The notes under the pieces were generated by a model that saw only the letters and a list, made by a program, of their open reading frames with translations, was not told the DNA's origin and did not search any database. Of a stretch of DNA of 64,000 nt, positions 8,178 to 17,221 are shown piece after piece; the first letter of the stretch is position 1; the number at the start of each line of letters is the position of its first letter. The stretch covers positions 284,702-348,701 of IMG/VR virus record IMGVR_UViG_3300023174_000038, one strand, 5' to 3'. The translations under genes and the position numbers were made by a program.

Positions 8178-9149
8178 TTATGCGGCAGTAATTTTCTTTA
8201 TTTCGTTACCATCTTTATCGATGAACTTCATTCCGAACTTTTCTTGCTGTTCTTGTAGGAACATAGGACCAACTGTTTTCATTAGATGTTCCTGATTTTC
8301 CATACAGAATACATAAGATCCTGAGTGACGTAATAGAATACGTTTGTCAACCCAAATCTTACCACCTAAATCACGCCAGTTCTCACAGAATGTCCAATCT
8401 TCACTATAATAACGATTCTGACGGACCGCTGTATCAAAGTAGGTTTTTAAGTGTTGGTCAAACTTAGGATCTAATCCAATGTCGTTTTTATATTGCTTAA
8501 CAGCAGGATGCGATTTGAGTTTTTCAAACACATGTTTCTTCATCAATAAGAAACCTGTACCTGCTTTAGATACTTCTTGGAATCCATCTGGTCCTTCTTC
8601 TGCACCTTCAAATCCATTAACAACCCATTTAATTGGCATTGTTTTCATTGGATATAATCCTGCACAAACATCTACGTTACGGTTCAATAGAACTAATAGA
8701 TGCCATGGTTCCCAACCAATGTCAGCATCAACAAAGAATAAATGTGTTGCGTCTGGCATATCTAGGAACTTAGCAGTCAATGTATTTCGTGCTCGGCTAA
8801 TAAGTGATTCATTAACCATTGTTTCTAATGTCCAATCAATACCAAGTTGACGAGCTGTATTAGCCCACTTGATAAATGACATGAATGTTGATTCTGTTAA
8901 CATACCACCATAGCAGGGCATAGCGATATGTACTTTAGTAGTTTTTAAAAAGTCTACATTAACTTGAACTTGTCCGGGACTCGGTGCTTGTTCTTTTGCA
9001 GCCTGTTCAGCGATTTCCTGTATTTTTTCTACGGGAACTGTTTTTTCTGACATGTCTACTTTAGGTGCTTTAGTAGCTTTAGTAGTTGTTTTTGTTGCGG
9101 CTTTTGCAGGTTTGTCTGCTGCCTTGTCGATTGTTTTCTTTGTTGCCAT
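8178..9149 (-). CDS. GT-A fold glycosyltransferase-like protein with Lys/Ala/Thr-rich N-terminal tail
   Basis: IAMPCYGG, LFFVDADIGW (DxD), YSEDWTFC. Confidence 0.75.
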   Translation of the reverse strand: MATKKTIDKAADKPAKAATKTTTKATKAPKVDMSEKTVPVEKIQEIAEQAAKEQAPSPGQVQVNVDFLKTTKVHIAMPCYGGMLTESTFMSFIKWANTARQLGIDWTLETMVNESLISRARNTLTAKFLDMPDATHLFFVDADIGWEPWHLLVLLNRNVDVCAGLYPMKTMPIKWVVNGFEGAEEGPDGFQEVSKAGTGFLLMKKHVFEKLKSHPAVKQYKNDIGLDPKFDQHLKTYFDTAVRQNRYYSEDWTFCENWRDLGGKIWVDKRILLRHSGSYVFCMENQEHLMKTVGPMFLQEQQEKFGMKFIDKDGNEIKKITAA

Positions 9150-9200
9150 TTGATCCTCTTGTTAAGATACTATTATTTACATCAAAACAAGGGGGTCAAA

Positions 9201-10307
9201 TTATTTTTCCTCTAGATAATCCACACTTTCGGTAACCTTAACTGGATCTTCTTCTGCGTTTCTAAACTCAAAACGACTTTGTTGTAGATTGTACTTTTTA
9301 ATAGCTAATTCTAAATATCTATCAATTAAATTGTACGGTACTTTACGATTAACTAACAGAGGTGTTCTTCTTGGACCATCTAAGTAATATACATCTACAT
9401 ATTGTGGATGAAATACTTTAGCTGTTTTTTCTGCTTCTGCCAAACCTTGCTTTACTGTTTTATAAGCACTCTGTAGCACAAACATATATTCTTTATCTGT
9501 TATATCCGGTAGTATACCTTCAACTGCTGTATTGAAAAAGTCATCACCTGCTATCATATTCATAGCATGTATCATACCCAATTCATCAACATTTTTTTGT
9601 TTTGCTACTTGTATAGCAATTTCCAATAGTTTTCTTATTCTACGATTTCTATCATTCTCGCCACCACCATCACCCCTGTCGCTACTCGGCGGGACAAATT
9701 CATTTAATGATCCTTCTGACAATTCATTACCCATACCCATATCTAACATCTTAACAACATTAGCGGCTAGTTTAGGATTCTTTTGTGTTGCAGGATATAA
9801 ACTCATAACCATTGCTGTCTTACGCTTATCATTCAATGTAGGCCATGCATTACGTATCTCTGTGGCACTAGTGATACCAGGACCAAATTCTACTGTGGGT
9901 AAATAAGCCATGTAAGCATGTTTGCCAAATGGTTGTACATTTTCGCCTGTGTATGGTTGAAAGTATGCCGGACTACCGTCTTTCTTTGTACCACCTGGTT
10001 TAGGACTTTCATTACGATCCTTTTCACTACGAACAAAGATTACCACGTCTTGTTCTGGATTAAACTTATCAGTGATTTCTCTAGGTTGAAATGGACTTTT
10101 AACTTGTATAAAATGTCCAGGACTAACTCCTGCTACCTTAGCTAGTTTTTCTTTAATAGCAAAGGGGAAAGGTCTGGTCTTTGTATCATTGGTAGCGGCT
10201 ACATATACATCAGCACCGGGAAATGCTTTAAGTGCGGCTTGGTACAACGATGCATGACCAGCATGAAAAGGATGAAAGCCTCCTGGCATTATAACAACTG
10301 TACTCAT
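9201..10307 (-). CDS. HIGH-motif (cytidylyltransferase-like) nucleotidyltransferase plus C-terminal E-delimited modules
   Basis: Likely start MSTVVIMPGG; GGFHPFHAGH, ITSATEIR; junctions ELSE, SLNE, QGLAE. Confidence 0.8.
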   Translation of the reverse strand: MSTVVIMPGGFHPFHAGHASLYQAALKAFPGADVYVAATNDTKTRPFPFAIKEKLAKVAGVSPGHFIQVKSPFQPREITDKFNPEQDVVIFVRSEKDRNESPKPGGTKKDGSPAYFQPYTGENVQPFGKHAYMAYLPTVEFGPGITSATEIRNAWPTLNDKRKTAMVMSLYPATQKNPKLAANVVKMLDMGMGNELSEGSLNEFVPPSSDRGDGGGENDRNRRIRKLLEIAIQVAKQKNVDELGMIHAMNMIAGDDFFNTAVEGILPDITDKEYMFVLQSAYKTVKQGLAEAEKTAKVFHPQYVDVYYLDGPRRTPLLVNRKVPYNLIDRYLELAIKKYNLQQSRFEFRNAEEDPVKVTESVDYLEEK

Positions 10308-10308
10308 A

Positions 10309-10695
10309 TCAGTATGATAATTTAACAAAATTAACTACACCACCATTAAAGTCTACAACCTTTGCTCTCATATATACAAAATTACCATCTATATTTGTAT
10401 AGACAGAAGCATTACTAGCAATTTGTGGTGCAGAGTTAGCTGCCGCATTTGCATTAGCTTCTAATTCATATACTTTGAACCAATCAGTGCTACTTGGTGT
10501 TGTGGCTAAACTAGCTTCAATTGTGATATTACCTGTACAGTTTGTTACATTGATATTAACAGTTTGCAGTGAACGTGGTGTTATGATATATGATGCACCG
10601 GGTTGGCTATCACCAGTTACAGTATAGGGTGAATTATTGCCTGGATTAATATAGGTAGTTTGCGGCAATAGAATAAGAGTAGTTGTTTGGCTCAT
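10309..10695 (-). CDS. Hypothetical beta-rich protein, probably structural
   Basis: 128 aa Thr/Asn/Val-rich ORF, coupled to downstream gene. Confidence 0.55.
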   Translation of the reverse strand: MSQTTTLILLPQTTYINPGNNSPYTVTGDSQPGASYIITPRSLQTVNINVTNCTGNITIEASLATTPSSTDWFKVYELEANANAAANSAPQIASNASVYTNIDGNFVYMRAKVVDFNGGVVNFVKLSY

Positions 10696-10894
10696 TATGC
10701 TTTTACAACCTCAACAACTACACTATCACCAATTAATTCTTGGGCAACTTGCTCTAAAGCCGCTTGGATATCAGGACTAGTGATACTAGTGCCGGAATCA
10801 TTATCTTTTACTATCTTACTAAAAGTGATTACGATTGATTCTGTTACAATCTTTGCCATGGTAAATCCTCTATTTTATTAGAGTATTTATCATT

Positions 10895-11620
10895 TTAAAT
10901 AGCTTCTGGGCGTTTTTCTAATTTGTAACGTTTTCCAAGAAATTCCCCGTGCATTAGTGCTAGATAGCTTAATAGGGTTTCGTCATCATAATCAATAAAG
11001 TGATTACTATTGGTATAACGATAGCGCCAACTCCATGAAGGAGCAGTATTATTGTATCCTTGTAACCAGTATTTTAATGACGGGCTAGGATGTAAGTCTT
11101 TGGAACGTTTCAATAAATCATCTAATTGCGTAACAAATGATTCTTGGATCATTTTAGATTTCAAATAAACCCTATACTTATGTTTAGGGTCATTAACAAA
11201 TGCTTTTATTCCTACAAAATTATTTGTTTGAGCTTCTGTATAATCATAAAAGATACCATTTTTAATACTTTCACTAGTCTTTAATAAGGCTAAATCATTG
11301 CTAAAGATTGCTATTCTATTACTCTCAATACGAACTAATCCGGTATTGTTTTCTTTAATCATATTACGAAAATCTATAAACTTCCCAAGAGCCTCTAGAT
11401 TTTCTGTAACTACCGGTCTATCTGCATCTTTTATCTTTTTCCAACCAGTTAAGATATTATATCGTTTCATCAACCCATCAAAGTTTTTTTCATACATAGC
11501 ATATCTAACACCCTCTATAGAGAATCTTACACGATACTTGTATTTGCCATAGTAATCACTATCCCGATAATCGTAAAAATCAATACCCGGAGTATCAGTT
11601 GCTAATTTCAATAATCCCAT
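10895..11620 (-). CDS. Hypothetical protein
   Basis: 241 aa ORF with normal composition, follows clpA. Confidence 0.6.
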   Translation of the reverse strand: MGLLKLATDTPGIDFYDYRDSDYYGKYKYRVRFSIEGVRYAMYEKNFDGLMKRYNILTGWKKIKDADRPVVTENLEALGKFIDFRNMIKENNTGLVRIESNRIAIFSNDLALLKTSESIKNGIFYDYTEAQTNNFVGIKAFVNDPKHKYRVYLKSKMIQESFVTQLDDLLKRSKDLHPSPSLKYWLQGYNNTAPSWSWRYRYTNSNHFIDYDDETLLSYLALMHGEFLGKRYKLEKRPEAI

Positions 11621-13871
11621 CGGATCCTACTTTCGCTATTGATTTCTGTACTACATTGAACTCAATTTTATCATCTACTAATACACAAGTTACTGTAGCA
11701 TTTTTAATACGTTCAAACAATACTTTCTTACTGAGAGGTACACGAATCAATTCATCAATCTTCCGAGCTAATGGACGAGCACCCATCTTCTTATCATAAC
11801 CCTGTTCAGCCAAATAATCAATTACTGGCTCAGTTAAATTCAAACTGACATTATACTTGTCAAGTAATGATTTCTTTAGTTCTTCTGTAAACTTAATTAC
11901 AATCTTCTTAATAGCCAATGTATCTAGTTTACCAAACTTACAAATCAAATCAACACGATTTCTAAATTCTGGTTTGAAGAACTCTTTAATTGCTTTATCA
12001 TCCTCACCTGTCTTTTCTTGGCTACCGAATCCGATATTGTTTTTCTCACTATCACTACTACCCAAGTTACTAGTCATAATGATGATAGTATTTTTACAGT
12101 TAACTTCTTTACCATTACTACCAGTGATACGACCTTCATCTAACATCTGTAAGAAGATATTAAAGATATCCGGATGAGCTTTCTCTACTTCATCAAAGAG
12201 TAAGATACTATGTGGGTTCTTGCTCAAATCATTGATTAATCGTCCACCACCTACTTGACTATCACCAAAGCCAACATAGCCAGGAGGAGGACCAATCAAA
12301 CTTGATACAGAATGTTTCTCACTATATTCTGACATATCATACTTAAGTAATGTCATGTCAAGGTTTTTACTTAGTAGTTTAGCTAATTCTGTTTTACCTG
12401 TACCAGTTGGGCCTAAGAAGATAAAGCTTGCTGTAGGTTTGTTCTCATTACCAATACCAGCAAATGACACATATACACGTTCTAATACTTGTTCAACTGT
12501 TTCATCTTGTCCATACAGTTTACCTTTAATGTTAACTTCAAGGCTACTAATACGGTCGTAGTTATCATCGTTTAGTTTATCAGCAGGTACACCAGTGAAT
12601 CGTTCAACTTGTTCGTGTATTAGTTCTTTGGTAATTAATGCACCTTTGTTCATTGCAACACGTTGTTTAGCACAAGCCGCATCTAGCAAATCAATAGATT
12701 TGTCAGGGTTTTTACGGTCATGAATGTAACGTGCTGAACTATCAACTGCGGCAGTTATTGCTTCCTCAGTGATTTCTACTTCATGGAAATCATTCAACCG
12801 TGAGCTTAAACCTTTGAGGATACGAATTGTACTATCATGTGATGGTTCATCAATAGATACACGATAGAATCTACGCATCAATGCACGATCCTTCTCAAAA
12901 CTTTCGTAGTATTCTTCCCAAGTTGTACTAGCAATAACTTTAAGTGTACCTTTAGTGATAGCTGGTTTAATCATATTAGCAAAGTCAATACTTCCACTAG
13001 TAGATGAACCACTACCTTTCATGGTATGTGCTTCATCAATGAATAGTACTGATTTCTTTTTTGTGTTTAATGCATCCAGTACCTGTTTAACTTTTTCTTC
13101 AAAGTCACCACGATATTTACTTCCGGCAAGCAATGCACCTACTTCAAGTGAGTATAGTTCATGTCCGTGTAAGAATTCCGGTACTGTTTTATCAACTAGC
13201 ATTTGTGCTAGACCTTCAGCGATAGCAGTTTTACCTACACCCGGATCACCTACCATCAATACATTTGATTTGAAACGTTTAGCAAGAACATTAATCATAT
13301 CATCAAGTTCTGTACTACGACCAATCAACGGTTCAAGTTTACCTTGTCGTGCAAGATCGGTTAAGTTAGTAGTATATTCTTCAAGGATTTCATCAGCTTG
13401 ACTTTCTGATAGTTTAGCAGTGAACTCTTGACCCTTATATGTTTTTTGCCAATGTGCCACGAAATCATTTTTATTGATACCGTATTTTAATAAGAAATAA
13501 TGTGCATGACTATTGCCCTCACTAGCGATAGAGAGATATAAGTCAATAGTAGTTACTTGTCTACGACCAGTAAACAATACTTGTGTTACAGAACGATTCA
13601 TTACACGTTCCAAGCTATTTGTTTTGCGTGGTTGAACTTCTGTATCTGGATCTACTTTAGCTACAATAGCGTGTAAGCTATCAATATATGAAGTAACCTC
13701 TTGAATCATATTTGGGGTATCGCACCCAAAACTATCCAAACATTTTTTAAATGGTGTATGTGTTATAAGAGATAACAGTAAATGTTCAATTGTACAATAT
13801 TGATGTTTACGTTGTTTAGACAACTCAATAGCCTGTTCAATGATGGCTTCAATTTCGGGTGAATTATTCAC
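11595..13871 (-). CDS. clpA: ClpA-type Hsp100 AAA+ unfoldase
   Basis: GTG start with SD; Clp N-domain; two Walker A (GDPGVGKT, GPTGTGKT) and B (FIDEAH, LFDEVEK); no ClpB middle domain; IGF ClpP-docking loop. Confidence 0.92.
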   Translation of the reverse strand: MNNSPEIEAIIEQAIELSKQRKHQYCTIEHLLLSLITHTPFKKCLDSFGCDTPNMIQEVTSYIDSLHAIVAKVDPDTEVQPRKTNSLERVMNRSVTQVLFTGRRQVTTIDLYLSIASEGNSHAHYFLLKYGINKNDFVAHWQKTYKGQEFTAKLSESQADEILEEYTTNLTDLARQGKLEPLIGRSTELDDMINVLAKRFKSNVLMVGDPGVGKTAIAEGLAQMLVDKTVPEFLHGHELYSLEVGALLAGSKYRGDFEEKVKQVLDALNTKKKSVLFIDEAHTMKGSGSSTSGSIDFANMIKPAITKGTLKVIASTTWEEYYESFEKDRALMRRFYRVSIDEPSHDSTIRILKGLSSRLNDFHEVEITEEAITAAVDSSARYIHDRKNPDKSIDLLDAACAKQRVAMNKGALITKELIHEQVERFTGVPADKLNDDNYDRISSLEVNIKGKLYGQDETVEQVLERVYVSFAGIGNENKPTASFIFLGPTGTGKTELAKLLSKNLDMTLLKYDMSEYSEKHSVSSLIGPPPGYVGFGDSQVGGGRLINDLSKNPHSILLFDEVEKAHPDIFNIFLQMLDEGRITGSNGKEVNCKNTIIIMTSNLGSSDSEKNNIGFGSQEKTGEDDKAIKEFFKPEFRNRVDLICKFGKLDTLAIKKIVIKFTEELKKSLLDKYNVSLNLTEPVIDYLAEQGYDKKMGARPLARKIDELIRVPLSKKVLFERIKNATVTCVLVDDKIEFNVVQKSIAKVGSDGIIEISN

Positions 13872-13895
13872 ATCCAGTTCCTTTTAAAATAATAT

Positions 13896-14693
13896 TTACT
13901 GTGTTTTAGATTGCAAAATGCTATCAGTTATACGACTGTCTATATTATCAGGTATAAAGGGTTTTAGCAAGATGATTTGGTCGCCATATGCATTAGTACC
14001 TTGTATAGGCATTCCATGTCCGGCTAATTTTAAATGCATAAATGGTTGTGTTTTTGATGGGACAGTTACCTCTAGTGATTTCCCATTAATGGTAGTAAAT
14101 TGAAATGTAGATCCTACAATCAAATCCAATACAGATATAGAATGATTAGTATGTAAGTCATTCATTCTTCTTTCATATTTTAAATGATTATGTACCCTAT
14201 ATTCTACTATTAAGTCATGTGAATCAACTACCTTTTCATAACGTACTTGTCCACCATCAGGTATACCTTTTGGAATATTTACCCTTACCATATGTAATCC
14301 AGATGGTGTTTGTAGTTTTAATAGTTCTTCACCGCCATTATAAACTTGTTCTAAACTAATCCAATAGGTAGTCCTATATGTGTTTTGTTGTTGCGGGTGT
14401 TGTTGTCTAAACATTTGTCCAAACAGATCATCCATATTGAAACCATTCATATTGAAATGAAATCCACCACCCGGGAATCCTTGAAACGGATTACCTTGTG
14501 GCATTGGGTTATCATATTGTTGACGTTGTTGTGGGTCTGAAAGAATGCGATATGCTTCTTCAATCTTTTGAAATGTAGAAGTATCGCCGCCCTTATCAGG
14601 ATGATGTTTACCTGCTAATTTTCTATATGCTTTTTTTATGTCGTCGGCATTAGCATTTTTACCAACGCCTAATGTTGAGTAATGGTCTGTCAT
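13896..14693 (-). CDS. dnaJ: DnaJ/CbpA-type co-chaperone (class II, no Zn finger)
   Basis: J domain with HPD, G/F-rich linker, C-terminal substrate-binding domain. Confidence 0.9.
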   Translation of the reverse strand: MTDHYSTLGVGKNANADDIKKAYRKLAGKHHPDKGGDTSTFQKIEEAYRILSDPQQRQQYDNPMPQGNPFQGFPGGGFHFNMNGFNMDDLFGQMFRQQHPQQQNTYRTTYWISLEQVYNGGEELLKLQTPSGLHMVRVNIPKGIPDGGQVRYEKVVDSHDLIVEYRVHNHLKYERRMNDLHTNHSISVLDLIVGSTFQFTTINGKSLEVTVPSKTQPFMHLKLAGHGMPIQGTNAYGDQIILLKPFIPDNIDSRITDSILQSKTQ

Positions 14694-14700
14694 AATATCA

Positions 14701-14729
14701 AGTATAACACAGTTAGTGTGTTAAGTCAA
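14701..14729 (-). promoter_or_regulatory. Sigma70-type promoter of dnaJ-clpA
   Basis: TTGACT-17 nt-TATACT; spacer holds inverted repeat AACACA-N5-TGTGTT. Confidence 0.75.
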
Positions 14730-14735
14730 TATTTA

Positions 14736-15431
14736 TTATGATTTGCCTTCAATTTTTTCTTTTGTTCGGCAGTTTTCAAAGTGCCATCTACCCATAGTAT
14801 TTTTTCCACCAACTTTGTGGCAGTGAGGGCATTCAACTTGTTCTTTTGGTACTCCTTTAAATCGTAATGATGTTTGTTGTCGCAACTCATCCGTATGTTT
14901 TTTACCATAAAAAGGGTTAGTATTGCCTGGTCTACTTAGTTGTTTTCTGACCTCCGGCCTTTTAGCTGGATTGGACTCACCGTATTGCCAGTAGTTTTTT
15001 CTGCCTTTTAATTTAGTAGATACTTTTAACGCAATCTCCGGATCTCTCATAGGATTATTATTTCCTAATTTTTTAGGAGTATTTTTAGAAATTAACATAC
15101 GAACCTCAGGTCGTTTTGCAGGGTTATCCAATCCATATAATGGAGCAATAGAAATATTATCTGTTCTATTAATCCATTTTTCAGAATGTACTACTTTAAT
15201 TCTCTGTAGTACTCGCTGTTCCCATCGTCTAGCAGAAATAGAATTATTAAATATTTTTCGTACTTCAATAATTGAAGGCTCTCCGTACAATTGTACAATG
15301 GTGCTAACATGCCTGCTTGAAGTTTTGTAACTAACCCACAAATCACCCGGGTGACATTTTTTAGCATAGCGGACTCCGTAATACCATCTATTAATTTTTG
15401 GCCAACCTAATAGATATGTATAAGGTATCAT
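14736..15431 (-). CDS. Free-standing GIY-YIG-type homing endonuclease (HEG1)
   Basis: Likely start MIPYTY (ATGA overlap with upstream stop); YTY...YYGVR, NUMOD3-like NPAKRPEV repeats, C-terminal CPHC zinc motif. Confidence 0.75.
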   Translation of the reverse strand: MIPYTYLLGWPKINRWYYGVRYAKKCHPGDLWVSYKTSSRHVSTIVQLYGEPSIIEVRKIFNNSISARRWEQRVLQRIKVVHSEKWINRTDNISIAPLYGLDNPAKRPEVRMLISKNTPKKLGNNNPMRDPEIALKVSTKLKGRKNYWQYGESNPAKRPEVRKQLSRPGNTNPFYGKKHTDELRQQTSLRFKGVPKEQVECPHCHKVGGKNTMGRWHFENCRTKEKIEGKS

Positions 15432-16054
15432 TGTTTTCCTTCTAATTTTTCTTTTGTTCTTCCATAAGCTGCAACTCCTAATACAGCACCCATAGCAATA
15501 TGATAAAGTCCGGCACCTTGTAATGTTAACGGTTGCCATTGATTAGTGACTTGACCCTTACTCATTGCTTGTAATAAACTCCATAATACGGGGAATATAA
15601 CAAAATCACATGTACATGTTATCATATAAACGAATGCCATTAATGGTCGCCATTTTTTATTAATAAAATCTGTGTTATCATTAGCTACTAATACATCTGC
15701 CCCGCTTGCGGCATTTGTTGGGGCTGCTCCTGTGAGGACGGGTTGATTACTGTTTGATTGGTTAATGTTTTGTGTGCTACCAAATCCAGACGTTGGCGCT
15801 CCAAATCCTGAACCACCACCAAAGCCCGTTGATGTTGACGTACCAAAACCACCGGGTGAGCCGAAGCCTCCTGCTGACGGTGAGCCAAATGTTGAAGACC
15901 CGCCAAATGATATGTTGACTGCATTACTATCTCCAAATGAACTGCCTTGCGGAAATTGCTGTATTGTAGGATCAGCCGCTAACATTTCGTGATGGTCATC
16001 ATCTAATGTCATTGGTTGCTCAAATCCTGTTTTCTTAGGTAATATCGTTGCCAT
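15428..16054 (-). CDS. Holin-like membrane protein with FG-rich N-terminal region
   Basis: KWRPLMAFVYM... and YHIAMGAVLGVAAYGRTKEK hydrophobic segments typical of phage 3TM holin-like proteins. Confidence 0.65.
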   Translation of the reverse strand: MATILPKKTGFEQPMTLDDDHHEMLAADPTIQQFPQGSSFGDSNAVNISFGGSSTFGSPSAGGFGSPGGFGTSTSTGFGGGSGFGAPTSGFGSTQNINQSNSNQPVLTGAAPTNAASGADVLVANDNTDFINKKWRPLMAFVYMITCTCDFVIFPVLWSLLQAMSKGQVTNQWQPLTLQGAGLYHIAMGAVLGVAAYGRTKEKLEGKQ

Positions 16055-16611
16055 TATAAACCTGCCATTGCTTTAAATGCTTTAATATCAGCATCTTGTT
16101 TGTCAGCATGAATTACTTTGACTTCTAGTCCAGCACGTTCACGCATTTCATTAATTTCTTCTTCTTCAACTTCTTCTACCTCACGATAATCATGTGGGCT
16201 AATAGTTATTACTTGTTTCAATATATCTTCTTCAGGAGCATGTTCTTCTTCATCAACAACTATTGTCCAATCTTTAACTGGTATTGCTGTTAATGTTTCT
16301 AAATCATCTAGTAATTCTATGATACGTTTAGGTACGCTACTCCTACGATTCATTTCAACGAACACTAAGTATTGTCCGGGCTTTACTTCACCTTCACTTA
16401 CTTGAGCATCTAATACAAAGTCATAACCACGTTCAAACCAATCAACTAAATCATTACCGGCTGCTTCACTTTTAATAGTAAAAGCTAGTGTTACAATTTC
16501 ACTATCACTTCCCATATGTGCGGCATATTCATCTACAGTAACTGTAGGGATCATTTGACCTTCTAGGTCATGATAGTCTAAACCTTCATTTAATATAGTT
16601 TTATTAGTCAT
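16054..16611 (-). CDS. Hypothetical acidic protein, possible CTS-like start
   Basis: MTNKTILNE start; 185 aa. Confidence 0.55.
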   Translation of the reverse strand: MTNKTILNEGLDYHDLEGQMIPTVTVDEYAAHMGSDSEIVTLAFTIKSEAAGNDLVDWFERGYDFVLDAQVSEGEVKPGQYLVFVEMNRRSSVPKRIIELLDDLETLTAIPVKDWTIVVDEEEHAPEEDILKQVITISPHDYREVEEVEEEEINEMRERAGLEVKVIHADKQDADIKAFKAMAGL

Positions 16612-16612
16612 A

Positions 16613-17221
16613 TTACATTGCCGGTAATGGAGGAGGCATTCCCATGCCAGGTGCTGCTGTACCAGTTTGATCCATCATATCGTCTTGTTGATCGTCCTCT
16701 TCACCGGTATCTTCTTTATCTAAATCGTCATCATAAGCATCATCTAACTCATTCAAGTCAATATTCTGACCTGCTAAATCAACTGATCCTTCACGTATAT
16801 CATCCATCAATTCTTTAGGCATTTCAATGTAAACTAGCCATACTTCACGCATAGCAGTCTTTGGATATCTTGTACCGGGAATATAATCATCTGGATTTTC
16901 AACCGCTACAGGTACTTTAATCTTAGTTTTTTTGAACTTGATTTTGCAACCAACGCCGGCCAAACGTTTAGCACCACGTGGATCAGGCATTAATTTATAT
17001 GGGTACATGAATATACATGCTACTGTATAGCGTCTAACGTCAGGACCTTGAACTAATTCGCCCAATTCCCAATTTTTAAATGCATATAAGTCGGCTTCAT
17101 CTAGGACTCGCTCGTAGTCTAGTAGAACAGCCATTGATCCGTCGCTGGTAAATATACCTTTTACGGTGTCAATTATGCTTACATAATCAACGTTGTCAAA
17201 AAATTCGTCTGCGGTTTTCAT
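16613..17221 (-). CDS. Hypothetical protein
   Basis: Likely start MKTADEFF at 17221 (TAAATA 5 nt upstream); acidic and Pro/Met-rich tail. Confidence 0.6.
   Translation of the reverse strand: MKTADEFFDNVDYVSIIDTVKGIFTSDGSMAVLLDYERVLDEADLYAFKNWELGELVQGPDVRRYTVACIFMYPYKLMPDPRGAKRLAGVGCKIKFKKTKIKVPVAVENPDDYIPGTRYPKTAMREVWLVYIEMPKELMDDIREGSVDLAGQNIDLNELDDAYDDDLDKEDTGEEDDQQDDMMDQTGTAAPGMGMPPPLPAM

Noticed and set aside
14736-15539. ORF-track starts at 1265, 10328, 15539, 17293, 17350, 18532, 45066 and 58249
   Set aside because: Extensions overlap neighbouring genes or promoters; downstream starts (1235, 10307, 15431, 17221, 17392, 18550, 45045, 58210) fit SD, promoter or coupling signals better
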